A DNA stretch of 64,000 nt from Eledone cirrhosa (GCA_964016885.1 OZ024742.1:188232001-188296000); one strand, 5' to 3'; counted from the stretch's first letter, positions 45,976 to 61,094 are shown. Numbers and translations: made by a program. The notes: generated by a model from the sequence alone, not told the origin.

Positions 45976-46367
45976 TACATATATACGCGTGTGGGAACAC
46001 GATTTTATGTATATACATAAGTATAAATATATTTATAAATACGGACAAAAACAAATGCACTTATATATATATATGTATATATGTATGTATGCTTATGCGT
46101 TTATGGGTGTATATATGTACATGTAAATATGCCCATATACTGATTCAATAAGAAATAGTGAGGAGTAGAAAAGGGAAAAACAGTGAGAGAGAAATTATTA
46201 TGAGTGCAGTGAAAATGTCAAAATCATTCTAGTTCTTTCTTTCTATAAGATATGTTCTGTCAGCTGTGTTATATATTTATCTCTGTATCAATTGACTGAT
46301 ACGTGTAATGGTAGCATAGAGAATTTCTCATTTTCTTCATGTTTCAAATATGTGATTACATACGAAT

Positions 46368-46413
<46 letters not shown>

Positions 46414-46509
46414 CCATACACACGTTTTTCGCATTGAATATGTATGATTTCCTAAGAGAGTTCCAGGGAACATGCTTCACCAATTAAATGCACCTTTCGC
46501 AATCTTTCG

Positions 46510-46576
<67 letters not shown>

Positions 46577-46990
46577 TATACATACAAAAATATATATACA
46601 TAAATATACATACATATATGTATATATTTATATATACATATATATATAAACATACAAACATACATACACACATATATATGTGCTTGTATAAGGTAATGAA
46701 CTGCCTTTGGAAGGTGATGATTTTTCTTTTGTCTTCTATTGTTTTTGTATTCGCGCGTGCCTGTCTTACCAAAGACAATTTATCGTGATTGGAAATTCGA
46801 GATGTCCACTAAAAGATATATCTTCTTTCAAAGCTTTCAGTAAACTAACAGAAATTTCTCCATTTTTTTAGGAAATGTGCCCCTCCTCACAAAAGAACCC
46901 CCTTAATCATCTGTGTATATCTATTTTATTTTTAGTTATTCAAACTCTAAAACAATTTTGAACTTTTGACACAATGGAACCTGCTCCACA

Positions 46991-47158
<168 letters not shown>

Positions 47159-47250
47159 AATGAAGAAATTCCGTCGGAAAAGTCCAGGAAAAAAGAGTGC
47201 TCTATGTAGGTAACAGAGCTTAATAGTTATGTAATAAACGTATATGTGTA

Positions 47251-47303
<53 letters not shown>

Positions 47304-48048
47304 TTGTATTTGGTTGCGCATGTTTATGATATGTACGTATTTGTATGTGTACAATAGTATAGCTATGTATGTATATGTATGTGTGTATGTATACATATAT
47401 GTGTGTGTGTGTGTATTTTTATATTTATGTATATATATATATATGCATGTGTATATAATTACATATACATATGTGTGTGTATATATGTGTTTGTATAATT
47501 GTATACGTGTGCGTGTGCGTGTTTGTGCATGTAAGTGTGTATGTGTATGTATGTATGTGTTTATGTATATGTATGTGTGAGAGTGTGTGTATGTATTTAC
47601 TATATCGTACGTATGTATACGTGCATTTATGTGTATTACTTACCACGCGTGTCTGTCCAGTTACCTGCCTTCTGTATCGCTGTCAACAATTTTTTTTATA
47701 TATATATATTTTCTCTTATATTTATTTGCGTGTGTGAATATGTAGAGGAGTGCATTTATGTATGTGTATGTATGTACGTGTGTATATATGTATGATTGTG
47801 TGCATGTATGTATGTATGTATATGTATGTGTGTATGGCTATGTTTGTGTATGTGTATGCTTGTACACATATATATATATATATATATATGTGTATATATA
47901 TATATATATATGTATGTATATGTGTGTATGTATATATGTGTATATGTATGTGTTTGTGTGTATTTATATACACATATATGTGTGTATATATGTGTGTGTG
48001 TGTATGTATGAGTGTATGTATATGTATGAGTGTCTGTATATGTATATA

Positions 48049-48114
<66 letters not shown>

Positions 48115-48356
48115 TGTGTGTGTGTGTGTATGTATGCTTTTGTGTTTTTGTGTGTGTGTTTGCATGTTAGTTTTATTTTATTTTTCCTTTCCTTCTTCCT
48201 TCTCCAGGCTCACTTTCATATAGATTGCATTTTTGTCTTTAAAATCCAAATTCAATAAACAGACCAGGATTTTTTCATTCTGAGGATTGAAAGCAAAATC
48301 TTTTGTTTTTAAGAAACCACTGGTAAATGGAATAATTGCCTTATGTTGTTTATTAC

Positions 48357-48417
<61 letters not shown>

Positions 48418-48421
<4 letters not shown>

Positions 48422-48678
48422 CGTATATATTCCGAGATGGTCGACTGAATACGCATTTGCATGTTTTCTTCTCGCAATTTTTTTATTATTTTCTCTTTAC
48501 TTTTTTTCTTATTATATCTCTTTACTTTCTATTTATCGTCTATTTCTAACTTTGACTTCTGATGAAGGACTAGTGTCCGAAACGTCAGTAATCTCTTCCG
48601 ACTATTTCAAGCGTTGGAATAATATATTTCTTCCATGGACTGTATTGTTTGTTTTGTTATATTTGTTATAACTTCTAC
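48418..48678 (+). mobile_element. Family F Penelope-like 3' end with minimal hammerhead (48554-48590)
   Basis: CTGATGA-AGGAC-TAGT-GTCC-GAAA-CG-TC-AGT. Homologous minus-strand copies at 50560-50792 and 50980-51092. Confidence 0.8.
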
Positions 48679-48745
48679 ACACACACACAAACACACACAC
48701 ACACACAAACACACAAACACACACACACACACACACACGATATAT

Positions 48746-48812
<67 letters not shown>

Positions 48813-48845
48813 TATATATATATATATATACACACATATATATAT

Positions 48846-48948
<103 letters not shown>

Positions 48949-48957
48949 TATATATAT

Positions 48958-49010
<53 letters not shown>

Positions 49011-49012
<2 letters not shown>

Positions 49013-49094
49013 TTCCTATTACCCGCTATACTACCCTAAGTATTGAGTACTTTGGTGCGTTATGGTCCACCGGGTTTCTCACCACATTTCCTTC

Positions 49095-49098
<4 letters not shown>
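49011..49098 (+). mobile_element. Family A tail-only insert in (TA)n
   Basis: GGTTCCTATTACCC...CATTTCCTTCGTT matches 54462-54548. Confidence 0.85.
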
Positions 49099-49168
<70 letters not shown>

Positions 49169-49223
49169 GATAAATCTACCAAGAGTTTACGGTATATATG
49201 TGTGTGTGTATATATATATATAT

Positions 49224-49263
<40 letters not shown>

Positions 49264-49296
49264 GTGTGTAACTATATATATATATATATGTGTATA

Positions 49297-49436
<140 letters not shown>

Positions 49437-49514
49437 TGTGTCTGTGTATATATATATATATATACGTGTATATATATATATATATGTGTGTGTGTATATA
49501 TATATATATACGCG

Positions 49515-49565
<51 letters not shown>

Positions 49566-49620
49566 GTATTTATATATATATATATATATGTGTGTGTGTA
49601 TATATATATATATATACGTG

Positions 49621-49673
<53 letters not shown>

Positions 49674-49674
49674 G

Positions 49675-49742
<68 letters not shown>

Positions 49743-50390
49743 GACATATATATACCCAAATATGAAAACATACATATTTGCGTTTATGGGCACTCATTCG
49801 CTACATCGTGAGTACGTACTCATGACTCCACTATGTTATAACCCACTTAAAATAAAACATATTTGCTTAATGATTTTTAATGAAAAACCAAGAGATCACA
49901 TGCCGTAGATAAATATCATTTTTCACAATTGTTTGAAGTAAAACCTTCCATGGTTTATTACCTGCAATATAAATTATCGATTTCCATTATCATTCAAAGT
50001 AGGGTTATGATACTAAAATACTAAAAACTATCTAAAATGAAATCTTCGATAAGTTTTTTTTTTCAATAACTCTGATGAAAGCTATCGATTATGTGTAGTA
50101 AATAGTAACAATGTTCATTAACATGAAAAAAAATTAACATACACGTGATTTAATGCCATTATATCTGAAAGTTATTAAATTACTTCACAACCAACGGACG
50201 AATAATTAAGCTAAAACCCAATAGTTGCCTTACAAAACTTCATAAAACCTGATAATGGAGAGGCGAATTGTTATGTAGCTAGGTTAAATTATATATGCAA
50301 TATTTCATATGTTCAAGTGCATTCAGACGGGAGACACACAAAGGCAAGATCCATACTACACACAGACACAAATATGTGTGTGTGTGTATA

Positions 50391-50497
<107 letters not shown>

Positions 50498-50559
50498 ATA
50501 TGTGTGTGTGTGTGTGCATTTATAAATATATATTCATTTATTTATTTAAATGCATGTAT

Positions 50560-50791
50560 GTAAAAGATAAACAGAAGGAAACAACACAGTACATGGAAAA
50601 AATATATTACCTTAATACTTGAAATAACAGGAAGAGAGTCTTAACGCTTGGAACACTAGCCCTTCATCATGAGATACGGTTAGATATAGATGATATAAAG
50701 AAAGTAAAGAGTGCTAAGGGGAAGGGACGGGGGAAATGAGGAAAAAACGGGGAGGAAAAACACACGTGCTTATTCAGTTCAGTCAGCCATA

Positions 50792-50848
<57 letters not shown>

Positions 50849-51092
50849 TAAAAAGGAAAAGAAAATGCTGACAAATTTTTCCCAGTGAAAAATAGTTTAA
50901 TTGGGAATAAGTATAAGTTAGTAATAACTATTGGTTAGGTAAACTGAAATAACAGCACAATCGGTACAGTATATGGAAGGCATATATTAGGTTAATGCTT
51001 GATATAGCAGGAAGAGGGTCTTAACGTCTCGGACGCTAGTCCTTCATCAGAAGAAACAATGAGAAATAAGATAGATTGAGGGGACGGGCGGG
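50560..51092 (-). mobile_element. Two diverged family F copies (50560-50792, 50980-51092)
   Basis: Minus strand 51019-51054: TCTT-CTGATGA-AGGACTAGCGTCC-GAGA-CGTT-AAGA. The copy at about 50640-50672 has a more decayed core. Confidence 0.7.
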
Positions 51093-51440
51093 ATGGAATT
51101 CGAAAAAATGTCTTTAGCTAAAATTAACAGTTTCATTCATGTTGACATTTCTTACAAAAACCTATATATATGTATTTCGGCGAAACAAAGTTGTGAGTTC
51201 GTGCCCCATGTACGTCAATACACATCCTCTTTTTCCCATTCAGAGATCTTTATAAAATTCCAACTAACAAAGTAATTCTATCTCGTCAAATACGGCATAA
51301 GCACCTTTTACTACCTCATATTGTAGATATGTATATGTTGTAGATACAGACGTACAGAAACACACTTGTAAACATATGTATATGTATGTTTATATGTATC
51401 TTTGTATCTATGTTTCTCTCTCTCTGTCACTCTCTCTCTC

Positions 51441-51488
<48 letters not shown>

Positions 51489-51494
51489 CATATG

Positions 51495-51521
<27 letters not shown>

Positions 51522-51530
<9 letters not shown>

Positions 51531-51717
51531 GATTAAGGACCCCGACGGCTGAGCTCCGGCCGTTTCGACAGCTATTTCGGATCTAGCTGTCGAAACGGCC
51601 GGAGCTCAGCCGTCGCGGTCCTGAATCTGTTCATATTACCCACTCTACTCCCCCAAATATCGTGTACTCTGTTGGGTTATAGTCCATCTCATTTTTTACC
51701 ACACTCTATCTGATAAT
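51522..51717 (+). mobile_element. Family A-related fold-back insert (palindrome 51522-51636 plus tail)
   Basis: GAAACGGCCGGAGCTCAGCCGTC hammerhead 3' half. The tail TATTACCCACTCTACT... is homologous to family A but diverged. Confidence 0.85.
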
Positions 51718-51750
51718 CACACACACACACACACACACTCACACACACAC

Positions 51751-51795
<45 letters not shown>

Positions 51796-52361
51796 CGTGT
51801 GTGTATGTGTGTGTGTTTGCGTGTGTGTTAGAATGTATCCGTAATCTATACAAAATGGTTGATCAGCAAATGAAGTTGTACAGCAATCGAGTAACTAAGA
51901 CTTGTCATATCTGGGATAAATTATAAGAATTAAATGGAGATAATGCAATGAATTATATAACTTTATCTTAGACACCAACCGACGAAATGGTAACATGCTA
52001 ATTCAGCCGTCGTCTTATCCGGAAGAAGAAAATGATCTTTTTAAATTGCATTCGTACTACACAAACACACAGACACAAACAAACTCAAATAAAGAAAAAC
52101 GTAAAAGCAGAATCAAACACAACTGCACACATAGACACACACACATTGTAAACTAAAATAATTTGAAATTATCATTCGAGAGTGGGGAGCACCAACTAGA
52201 GTTAGAAATATGCTGATAAATCATGTAATCACCCTAATTTAGCAATATTTTGAAAGTCTTATCTACACAATTCCTGCCTCATCATCTGTTCTTCTGTAGC
52301 TGTCAGTGAGTTTTGATGCATTTAATCAATGTGTATATTCATGTGTTGCTTTGTGTCCGTG

Positions 52362-52481
<120 letters not shown>

Positions 52482-52531
52482 CATATATATACATATATAC
52501 ATATATATAATATATATATATAATAATAATA

Positions 52532-52563
<32 letters not shown>

Positions 52564-52693
52564 TGTATATATTATATATATATAATCAATATATATATTA
52601 TATATATATATATTATATATATCATATATCTATAACTATATATATATATATATATATATAAACATATCCATACATATATGAATATGTGTACAT

Positions 52694-52774
<81 letters not shown>

Positions 52775-52795
52775 CATATATATACATATATACAT

Positions 52796-52834
<39 letters not shown>

Positions 52835-52905
52835 CATACGTATATATACTTATATACATACTTATATCTATATATATGTATACATATATATATGTATGTA
52901 TATAA

Positions 52906-52968
<63 letters not shown>

Positions 52969-53555
52969 TGTGTGTGTGTGTTTTTGTGTGTGTTTGTGTG
53001 TATGTATTCATGTATGTATGCACACGCATATATATATTTATACACACACACATACAGAGAGATAGAGAGTGAGTAAAAAATATACATACCCCAGATACAT
53101 AAACACTCTACATATACATATGTTTACAAGTGTGTTTCTGTACGTCTGTATCTACAACAACGTAGGCAATTTTCTGCCTCATTTTCTTTTTCCGGATAAG
53201 ATGATAGCTGAATTAGCATTTTAAATGTTTGAGGTGATGGTGGTTGATGAAGTATATTGATCAAACTTAATGTAAAGTATATCCATGTAATTATTTACGT
53301 ATAGATTTATTTACATTAATTTAAAGCGTTTATCTACTTATTTATAATTACATTAATTTCGTTAATTATGCATGTTCAATATAATGTCTGTTTATGACAA
53401 AAATTATGTAACGCTTGTGCGATTTCCGTCCTCAAAACTAAAGATTATTGCTTTAGATTTAAATTAAAGAGACAATATAAAATTATATTGACTAGTAAAA
53501 TACACGGAAAACAACCAATAATAAATAGCTATGGGCATTATATATATATATATAT

Positions 53556-53656
53556 AGTAATAGTAATAAATTTGAAGACTAAAATCCAAAGAGGGCTCGA
53601 TAAGGATAAATATATATCAAATATATAAGAACCGTAGAGCCTGTTATTTTAATTAA
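53556..53656 (-). mobile_element. Family B insert with inversion-deletion
   Basis: 53560-53640 equals the 38280-38360 tail, joined directly to CTGTTATTTTAATTAA (end of the inverted arm). (TA)n on both sides. Confidence 0.8.
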
Positions 53657-53674
53657 TATATATATATATATATA

Positions 53675-54388
53675 TTTTAAAAAAATATTTTCTTATTTTA
53701 CGTCCTTTATATTATTGTTCTGCATTCTCCTGCATTGAACCACCTAGGTACTATGACATAACCTGTGTATTTGCTGGCATGGGCGTGCATCTGTGCGCTT
53801 ATGTTAGTTGATATATTAAATTATCTATATTTATCTCCAAATCACTGATTTGTCGAGCAAACTTGTCAAAACCACTTCTAAAAAAATTTTTTTGGGGGTG
53901 TTAGTAGGCGTCAGTCATCTTACCATCCCATTCCTTCTAACTAGCCTCTGTGTCACGTGATTGATTCTTTAGAATCGGCCATTTGACTTGAAGCAGTGAG
54001 AATTTCGGTACATAGAATCCAGTCCTCGCAAGCTGTTCGATCTACCGAATTATTATTATTTTTATATGAGCCGCCAGTGTCCGCGCATTGCCTGGAGACT
54101 TAACTGAGAATAGACTTCCTGATGACGCAATGAATTCTCGACAGTTGGATTACGTAACTGTCTTTATCCCATTGCAGAAACTAATTAGTTGGAGTGAAAA
54201 TTTAAGTAAGAAAAAAATTTTTTTTAAATTTTTTTTTAAAAAATATTTTCTTATTTTACGTCCTTTATATTATTGTTCTGTATTCTCCTGCATTGAACCA
54301 CCTAGGTACTATGACATAACCTGTGTATTTGCTGGCATGGGCGTGCATCTGTGCGCTTATGTTAGTTGATATATTAAATTATCTATAT
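53675..54388 (+). mobile_element. Retrozyme-like partial tandem: ~155-bp direct repeats, period 558 bp, in (TA)n
   Basis: 53675-53830 is nearly identical to 54234-54388. A single hammerhead lies between them and there is no credible ORF. Confidence 0.85.
54114..54195 (+). ncRNA. Type I hammerhead ribozyme with extended stem II
   Basis: Stem I ACTTC/GGAGT, CTGATGA, stem II GCAATG/CATTGC plus GACAGTT/AACTGTC, GAAA, palindromic stem III CTAATTAG, GUU triplet. Confidence 0.85.
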
Positions 54389-54408
54389 ATATATATATAT
54401 ATATATAA

Positions 54409-54546
54409 TTGACCAGAATTAGCCGTCGAAACGGCTTGAGCTCAGCTGTCGGGGTCTTACTGGTTCCTATTACCCACTCTACTACCTCAAGTATTGAGTA
54501 CGTTGGTGCGTTATGGTCCACCTGGTTCCTTACCACATTTCCTTCG

Positions 54547-54548
<2 letters not shown>
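54409..54548 (+). mobile_element. Family A simple 5'-truncated insert in (TA)n
   Basis: Colinear hammerhead 3' half plus tail. Serves as the reference for the other family A copies. Confidence 0.85.
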
Positions 54549-54590
<42 letters not shown>

Positions 54591-54949
54591 GAGTGACGGT
54601 ATTATGACAAGGCCTTTTTTTTAAATCTGCGTTATCTTGTTTATATGTTGAAGGTAACGCGCAAACCCTATTTCTCTTCCAGCTATCGGGGATTTTTTTA
54701 CTTAAAAATTTCTCGATAGATGGATTAGAAATAGTACTTGCATCTATGTTTATTCAGCTATCATACAACGATTGATCGATGGTGACTTCGATATTATATA
54801 CTTGCAAGTGTTTATATGCTAAACAGGGGATTTCTTCGAAATATCTTTAAATGCGTGCCATGTTGTGGTCATTATGTTTCAATTGTTACGATATACCATG
54901 GAACTATATGTATTTATGGGATAACAGAGGGATGCGATCGTATACTTTC

Positions 54950-56560
54950 GGCCATTACACAAGATTCATGACCATAGCTAAGCGTTGGCACGAATACCGA
55001 ATATAACCACGAATTTGACTTTTACCCAAAACTACCTTCTGATTATTGGATGCAATAGGTTCTCCATACCTGGTCCTGATTTCCTTATCCACCAATGCCT
55101 CCCACTTTATCCTGGAAGTCACCCGGGTCGACCAGTCCATTTTGTGGGTTTCCTTGGATTTAGTTAGTCTGAAATTGCAGATAACTAGATGGTGGTCAGT
55201 TGCCAGCTCAGCTCCTCTCTTAACACGAAACATGTAGCACAGAATGATAGCGATCAGAGACAATAACAAAATCAATTATTTATCTCTGTCCGTGAATTCC
55301 CTTATACCATTTATATTTATGGATGTCTCCATAAATACCGAAGAAAATGTTCGTAAGAGGTAGATCATTGCTAGAACAGAAATTTAATAAGGCTTCTTCA
55401 TTTGTATTTAAATAGGGGTCGCTATTCCTTTCCAGGCAAGGTGGTCAGCCCCAACAGGTGCATTGCAATCTCCCATCAAGATATATGTCTCAGTCTTAAC
55501 TACATAAACATTGCAGTGACTTCATCAAGGAAGGACTTGTATTCGGACTCCTTGTTTGGTGCATGAATTTGCACCACCCACACTGACCTAACTTTCAGAT
55601 TAAGCTTCAAGGGGAAAACCCTCGTTCCTAATGGAATTTAGTTGATAATACACTCTGACAGCCGGGAGCTTGTGATTATCCCTATTGCCTCCTGTGCAGT
55701 CATACCTGGAGATACACATAATAGTGAACTTTCTATCCTCCATCCAAATTTAAAGTATCAGAGCCATAGGACTTTTTTCAGGAAACCCCGATCATATCTA
55801 GCCGGTAGATATAATCTCCTCCACTAGTTCCTTCACCGTACCGCTAATGGTTGTAATGTTCAATGTTCCAAACCTTAACGCCTGTACCCTTCCCGATCCT
55901 CTTTGGTGTCTCGAATAATTCCTTATTGTAAAAATACCCCATGCATCGCAGGACAGGTCGCACACCCCTGGTTTTTGCAGCATGAAATGAAAATTGCAAT
56001 TTATTTTTTGAACAGGCCCCTCTTCATAAGGCATGAACGCGTCCCACTTTTACACTGGGGAGGGTCGATGGGGTATGGTTCTTTATTGCTTTCCTCATCA
56101 TATTGTAGTTTCAGTAGTCTTATTCGCACCAGTATCAGACACAGTATCGGTAGAGGGTCAGACGCAAATGCTTTGACGCATAGAGTTACGGTCCTTGCCA
56201 TACTGATTTCAAATCCCGCCGAGCTTAACTTTGCCTTTCATCCTTACGGGATCGATAAAATAAAGTACCAGCAATGCACTGGTTAATTGCTGGCCTTGTT
56301 CCAAAAGTAGAAACAATTATTAAATCCGTGAGGACTAGGCGTTTTTAGAGGTGGTCTTTTCTCCCCTTCTCGTAGCTATGTCACGGGATTATGAGACTTT
56401 ACTTGGGAACTACAGGCTTCACTCATTGCTCCGTCTACGCTATTAGTTTACCGCTGTTGGTCCGAGGTTGCTTATTCGTCCGGCAGTTACTCGCTTATAT
56501 CACAGCTAGACATCTTATCTGGTGGCCGCATCGCTGTCCGCCACCTGCGACTCGCATAAG
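54950..56560 (-). mobile_element. Degenerate RTE-clade LINE 5' portion (5'UTR plus APE endonuclease), interrupted by a SINE
   Basis: LRFGTLNITTISGTVKELVEE (APE start) and RVKRGAELATDHHLVIC (APE end). GC-rich UTR-like sequence at 56325-56560. Confidence 0.75.
56142..56321 (+). mobile_element. tRNA-derived SINE
   Basis: Matches 41245-41440. Confidence 0.9.
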
Positions 56561-56586
56561 CATACACATATATACACACGCGCACG

Positions 56587-56624
<38 letters not shown>

Positions 56625-56673
56625 GACACACACACAGACCTATATATTCTTATATATATTTATATATATATAC

Positions 56674-57085
56674 ATGGTGGCTGCCAACTCGTTTTCGAGT
56701 ACGGCCACTACTTTATATCCATGTAGGAGACCCCTACCGATGCGCTGAACGAGAGTGACTTTTTAGTCCAGCCAGCGACTTGAAAACTCTGGTACAAACA
56801 CTACACTTGTGACAATTATTGACACATAGTGCTGGGCCCATGGTACCATGTGACGACAAGTGCAGAGAGATCTCCAGATATAAAGCAATGCCTGTGCCGT
56901 GAAGCTTTTATAATGAGCAAAGGCACTGCACAAAGCCAGTCCCACTCTCTTAACCAAGATGATATTTACCAGAAAGAAGAACAAATCAACATCATTGCAT
57001 ACCATCAGGGTTGCAGGTGTTATATCAGAGTTTTCCTTCTCCTAGAATTCTGCCTTGACAAAGGCTAACGGGTCATCTCTCCCGG
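56674..57085 (-). mobile_element. Family G non-autonomous RTE derivative, copy 3, 5'-truncated
   Basis: Reverse complement of about 12044-12451. The 5' truncation supports retroposition. Confidence 0.85.
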
Positions 57086-57088
57086 ATA

Positions 57089-57245
<157 letters not shown>

Positions 57246-57659
57246 GTGTATGTATGTGTGGTGTGCGTGAGTGTATGTGTTTAGGTAAAATCTTAAAAAA
57301 TGGAAAAGCACATATGTAATATTAAAAGATACGTTTTTTTTCTTTAGTTCTCCACAAGACACATCTCTATAATTCTAACACCAAATGAATTAAAGTTTTA
57401 TGAAATATTGTCGTTTTCTATTTGTTATGTCAAGTTATCAAATATTGATTAAGTTATATTCAAAAAATTCTGTTTTCATAATTTGCAAGCTGTTAAACAA
57501 ATGCGTATTTTTCTTCAAATATAGTAATATGTAATTGGGGTTAAGACATCGGGTTCAGTACGTCGGAATTAAATTTAATTCAAGGATTCTTGGTCTATAT
57601 ATGTATATAAAGAGAGTGAGAGGGGGGAGACAGAATAAGGAAAATGTGAAGTTCGATTT

Positions 57660-58065
57660 AGTTGTTAAAGAGTCCTTTATTAACAAAACTGTGATATATA
57701 TCTCCATGACAATCGTGGGTACGTGATGGTTTTATCAGCTAACCCCGTCACGCGATTTCATTAGACAGCATCATTATGTAATAAGGTTAGGTGTTCGAGG
57801 CAATCTAAAGACAAGGGAACGAACAGAAATGATGTCCGCTCTCTCGGCTATGAAAACATCATTTTTGTTCATTCCCTTCTCCTTAGATTGGATTGTTTCA
57901 GAAACGTAACCTTATTATGTATGTATGCTGTCAGATAAGATTGCGTGAACGGTTGCCTGATAGAACACTTACGTAGCCACTACTGTCATGGTCATATATA
58001 TCACAGCTTTGTTAATATATATATCACAGCTTTGTTAATAAAGGACTTTTTAACCTCTACAACGA
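57660..58065. repeat. Old, diverged fold-back palindrome
   Basis: AGTCCTTTATTAACAAAACTGTGATATATAT pairs with ATATATATCACAGCTTTGTTAATAAAGGACT. Inner arms GAACAGAAATGATGT/ACATCATTTTTGTTC. Decayed hammerhead-like cores. Confidence 0.75.
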
Positions 58066-59099
58066 ACTTTTCGCATTATTCGGTATTCTACATATAATTC
58101 GTCGCTCACTGACAAATCATATTTGGAAGAAAAAACATGATCTTGAATGCTTGAATCTAAGTGTATCATTATCTACTGATGCATATGCAACCTCGCTTAG
58201 TCAGCATGTTTACACTGTGACATGCATTTTCTGCTGGAATACGCTTTTCGACTATAATTCAAATGGTATTCTGTATATTTTATCAAGAAATCATCATGGA
58301 ATCCGGTGGAAATGTATCAGTTTTAATTTACGATAAGTGCAAATGAGCGTGTGTGTTTGTGTCTGCATGTATGTGTGTGTGTGTATGTGTGCGCGTGAAT
58401 GTCTATGTTTATAGGGACTTGGAAACAATATGTTTGGTACACGAGTACATGGTTAGCCCACTGATAGTGAAACAACCAGGTATTTATAAGGACATCATTC
58501 TAGACGTAAAACTATCATGTCAAACATACAACTCAATGTCAGTCAGTAACGTTGACGTGTAACGTCACCGTTGTTCAGCGAGTCCGATTGATTGGTCCAG
58601 TGCAAGATCTTTCTTCACTTCAATAAAAGGCTTCAAGTACAAGCAGTTTATGATTTAGACGTGCTTTACGTGTTCTCCGAGAATGGCTGGCAGTAGCCAG
58701 AAAAGGCGTTTTTGTTGTTGCATCTTTTTCAGAGGGAATGTAAGTCCTTGTCAGGGCTAATATTTCATATACTTGCTATCCATATCTGAGGATCAAGCGA
58801 TGGCAGTTCACGAAATCGAGATGCAACCAGCCCGTCAGCATAATTGCATACATGTATGTATGTATCTATGTATGTATGTATATTTGTATGTACGGTTATA
58901 CCTATATGTATGTGTATGTGTGTATGTATTTACGTACGTATGAATGTATTGTACCTATGTATGTGCATATGAATAGTTGTTTGTGTCTGTTTATTTGATT
59001 GTGTGTGGGTATACGTACGCGTAACGTGTGAATATATATTTCACAGCTGATCCAAGGTTTCTTAGGATTGGTATTTCACTCACTCGCCAAGTTGCCTTT

Positions 59100-60640
59100 T
59101 CCCCAGACAGGGTGCATTCTGTTTTCATTCAGAGCTTCAAGAATATAAATATTTTACAACAAAGCCCCACCTCTAACCTAGGCTAACCTACTTTCTTTAT
59201 GCTTTTCCTTTTTCTGTCAGTCACATATTTGTGCAGGTTGCTTTTCTCCATCTGAACACAGTCCTTTATGATGATAAGATCTCTTTCACCTTCAGAGCTT
59301 TTTAAGTAGAGTCTATCCACATCACTCCTCTTGTGGAACATGTTGTAGATAGTCATTAGCTTCCTAGACTTCATAGCCATTTCTTTTTGTTCAGCAACAT
59401 TGCATTTCAGAATTCCTGCACTGTACCTAATAATAGACACAGCTCGGGAATGTACTGCACTTATGATATTCCTACTATTTAGATGTGATTTTATTACGTT
59501 CCTTACTCTCCTTATGTATTCAGATATTATCAATTCCTTCATTTGTTTTTTTTCTTGATGTCATCTGCTTCCAGAACACCTAAATATGTGTATCCTTCTT
59601 CAGTGTCAATTTCCTTTCTCATCTCACCTGTTGGTACTTCGATTCCGTTGCTTCTGTTCAATTTATCCCACTTCATCACTAGGACTCCACACTTATTAAC
59701 ACCAAATTCCATACATATATCATTGCTGAAAATACGGGTATTGTCAACAAGTACATCCAACTCCTCCTCACTCTTCCCAAAGAGTTTAAGATCGTTCATG
59801 AAGAGAATGTGGTTGATGGTAAGCTCACCTCTTCCAAACGTGTATCGTTCTCTCACTTTTCGCAATATGACGCACAAGGGTATCAGGGCAAGGACAAACA
59901 GCAGAGGGGACAAACTATCTCCCTGGAAGATACCTCTCTTGATGTTCACTCCTCCCAAGGATTTTCCACCCGATGTTAACTCTGTTTCCCAGAACTTCAT
60001 ACTTTTGCTCCACAACTGTCTGATGTTATCTGCCGCCTTGAAGATCTCTAGGCTTTTGGTTATCCAACAATGAGGTACCATGTCGAATGCCTTTTTGTAA
60101 TATATCCATCCCATAGCAAGACCAGTGTGCCTCCTCTTGCAATTTCTCATTATCATCTTATCAATAAGTAACTGGTATTTTGTACCACGGGAGTTCTTTC
60201 GACATCCTCTCTGTTTATCCGGTAACAAGTTGTTTATGTGTAGGTGATGGTAAATTCCCTAAGACACAATGGTTGTTAACAGTTTCGACATTACAGAGAG
60301 ACTTGTGATAGGTCTATAGTTTGTAACATCAGTACCCTTGATTCGGTCTTTCATTACCAGAACTGTGGTACCTTTTGTCAACCACTCCGGTACTTCACCC
60401 GACATCAAGGAGTCATAGAACATGGTTATCAGTTTTGGGTGAAGGGATGTTACATTTTTAATCCAATACCCTTGCACACCATCTGGCCCTGGTGATTTCC
60501 AGTTGGTTAATTTTTTGGCCTGGCCTTTATGAATTTCAACTGTGATACTCAAATCAGGTCGTTGGTCATTACCTGACTATTATATTCAATATCCTGGTCC
60601 CATATTCCTCTCCATAATGTCTTAGTCTGTTCCGCCTCTA
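59100..60640 (-). pseudogene. R4/Dong-clade non-LTR retrotransposon reverse transcriptase, disrupted
   Basis: [64 protein letters not shown] and RLYLKSSEGER across three ORF pieces. Confidence 0.9.
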
Positions 60641-60646
60641 TTGTTG

Positions 60647-61026
60647 ATTGGCAGTATCGGTAGAGGGTCAGACGCCATGCTTTGACGCATGGAGTTACGG
60701 GCCTTGCCATTCTGAGTTCAAATCCCGCCGAGGTTAATTTTGCCTTTCAGACTTACGGGGTCGATAAAATAAAGTATCATTAATGTACTGGGTAATTCCT
60801 GGCCTTGTGCCTGAAGTAGAAACAATTATTATTATTAAGGCTGGGGGTTTGGCAGTATCGGTAGAGGGTCTGACGCCATGCTTTGACGCATAGAGTTAAG
60901 GCCCTTGCCATTCTGAGTTCAAATCCCGCCAAGGTTAACTTTGCCTTTCATCCTGACAGGGGTCGATAAAATAAAGCACCAATAATACACTGGGTAATTG
61001 CTGGCCTTGTGCCAAAAGTAGAAACA

Positions 61027-61094
<68 letters not shown>

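Noticed and set aside
58675-58712. CCGAGAA-TGGCT..AGCCA-GAAA hammerhead-like motif
   Set aside because: The core is too divergent and stems I and III are absent.
59543-60073. 176-aa plus-strand ORF
   Set aside because: It is the antisense shadow of the R4/Dong RT.
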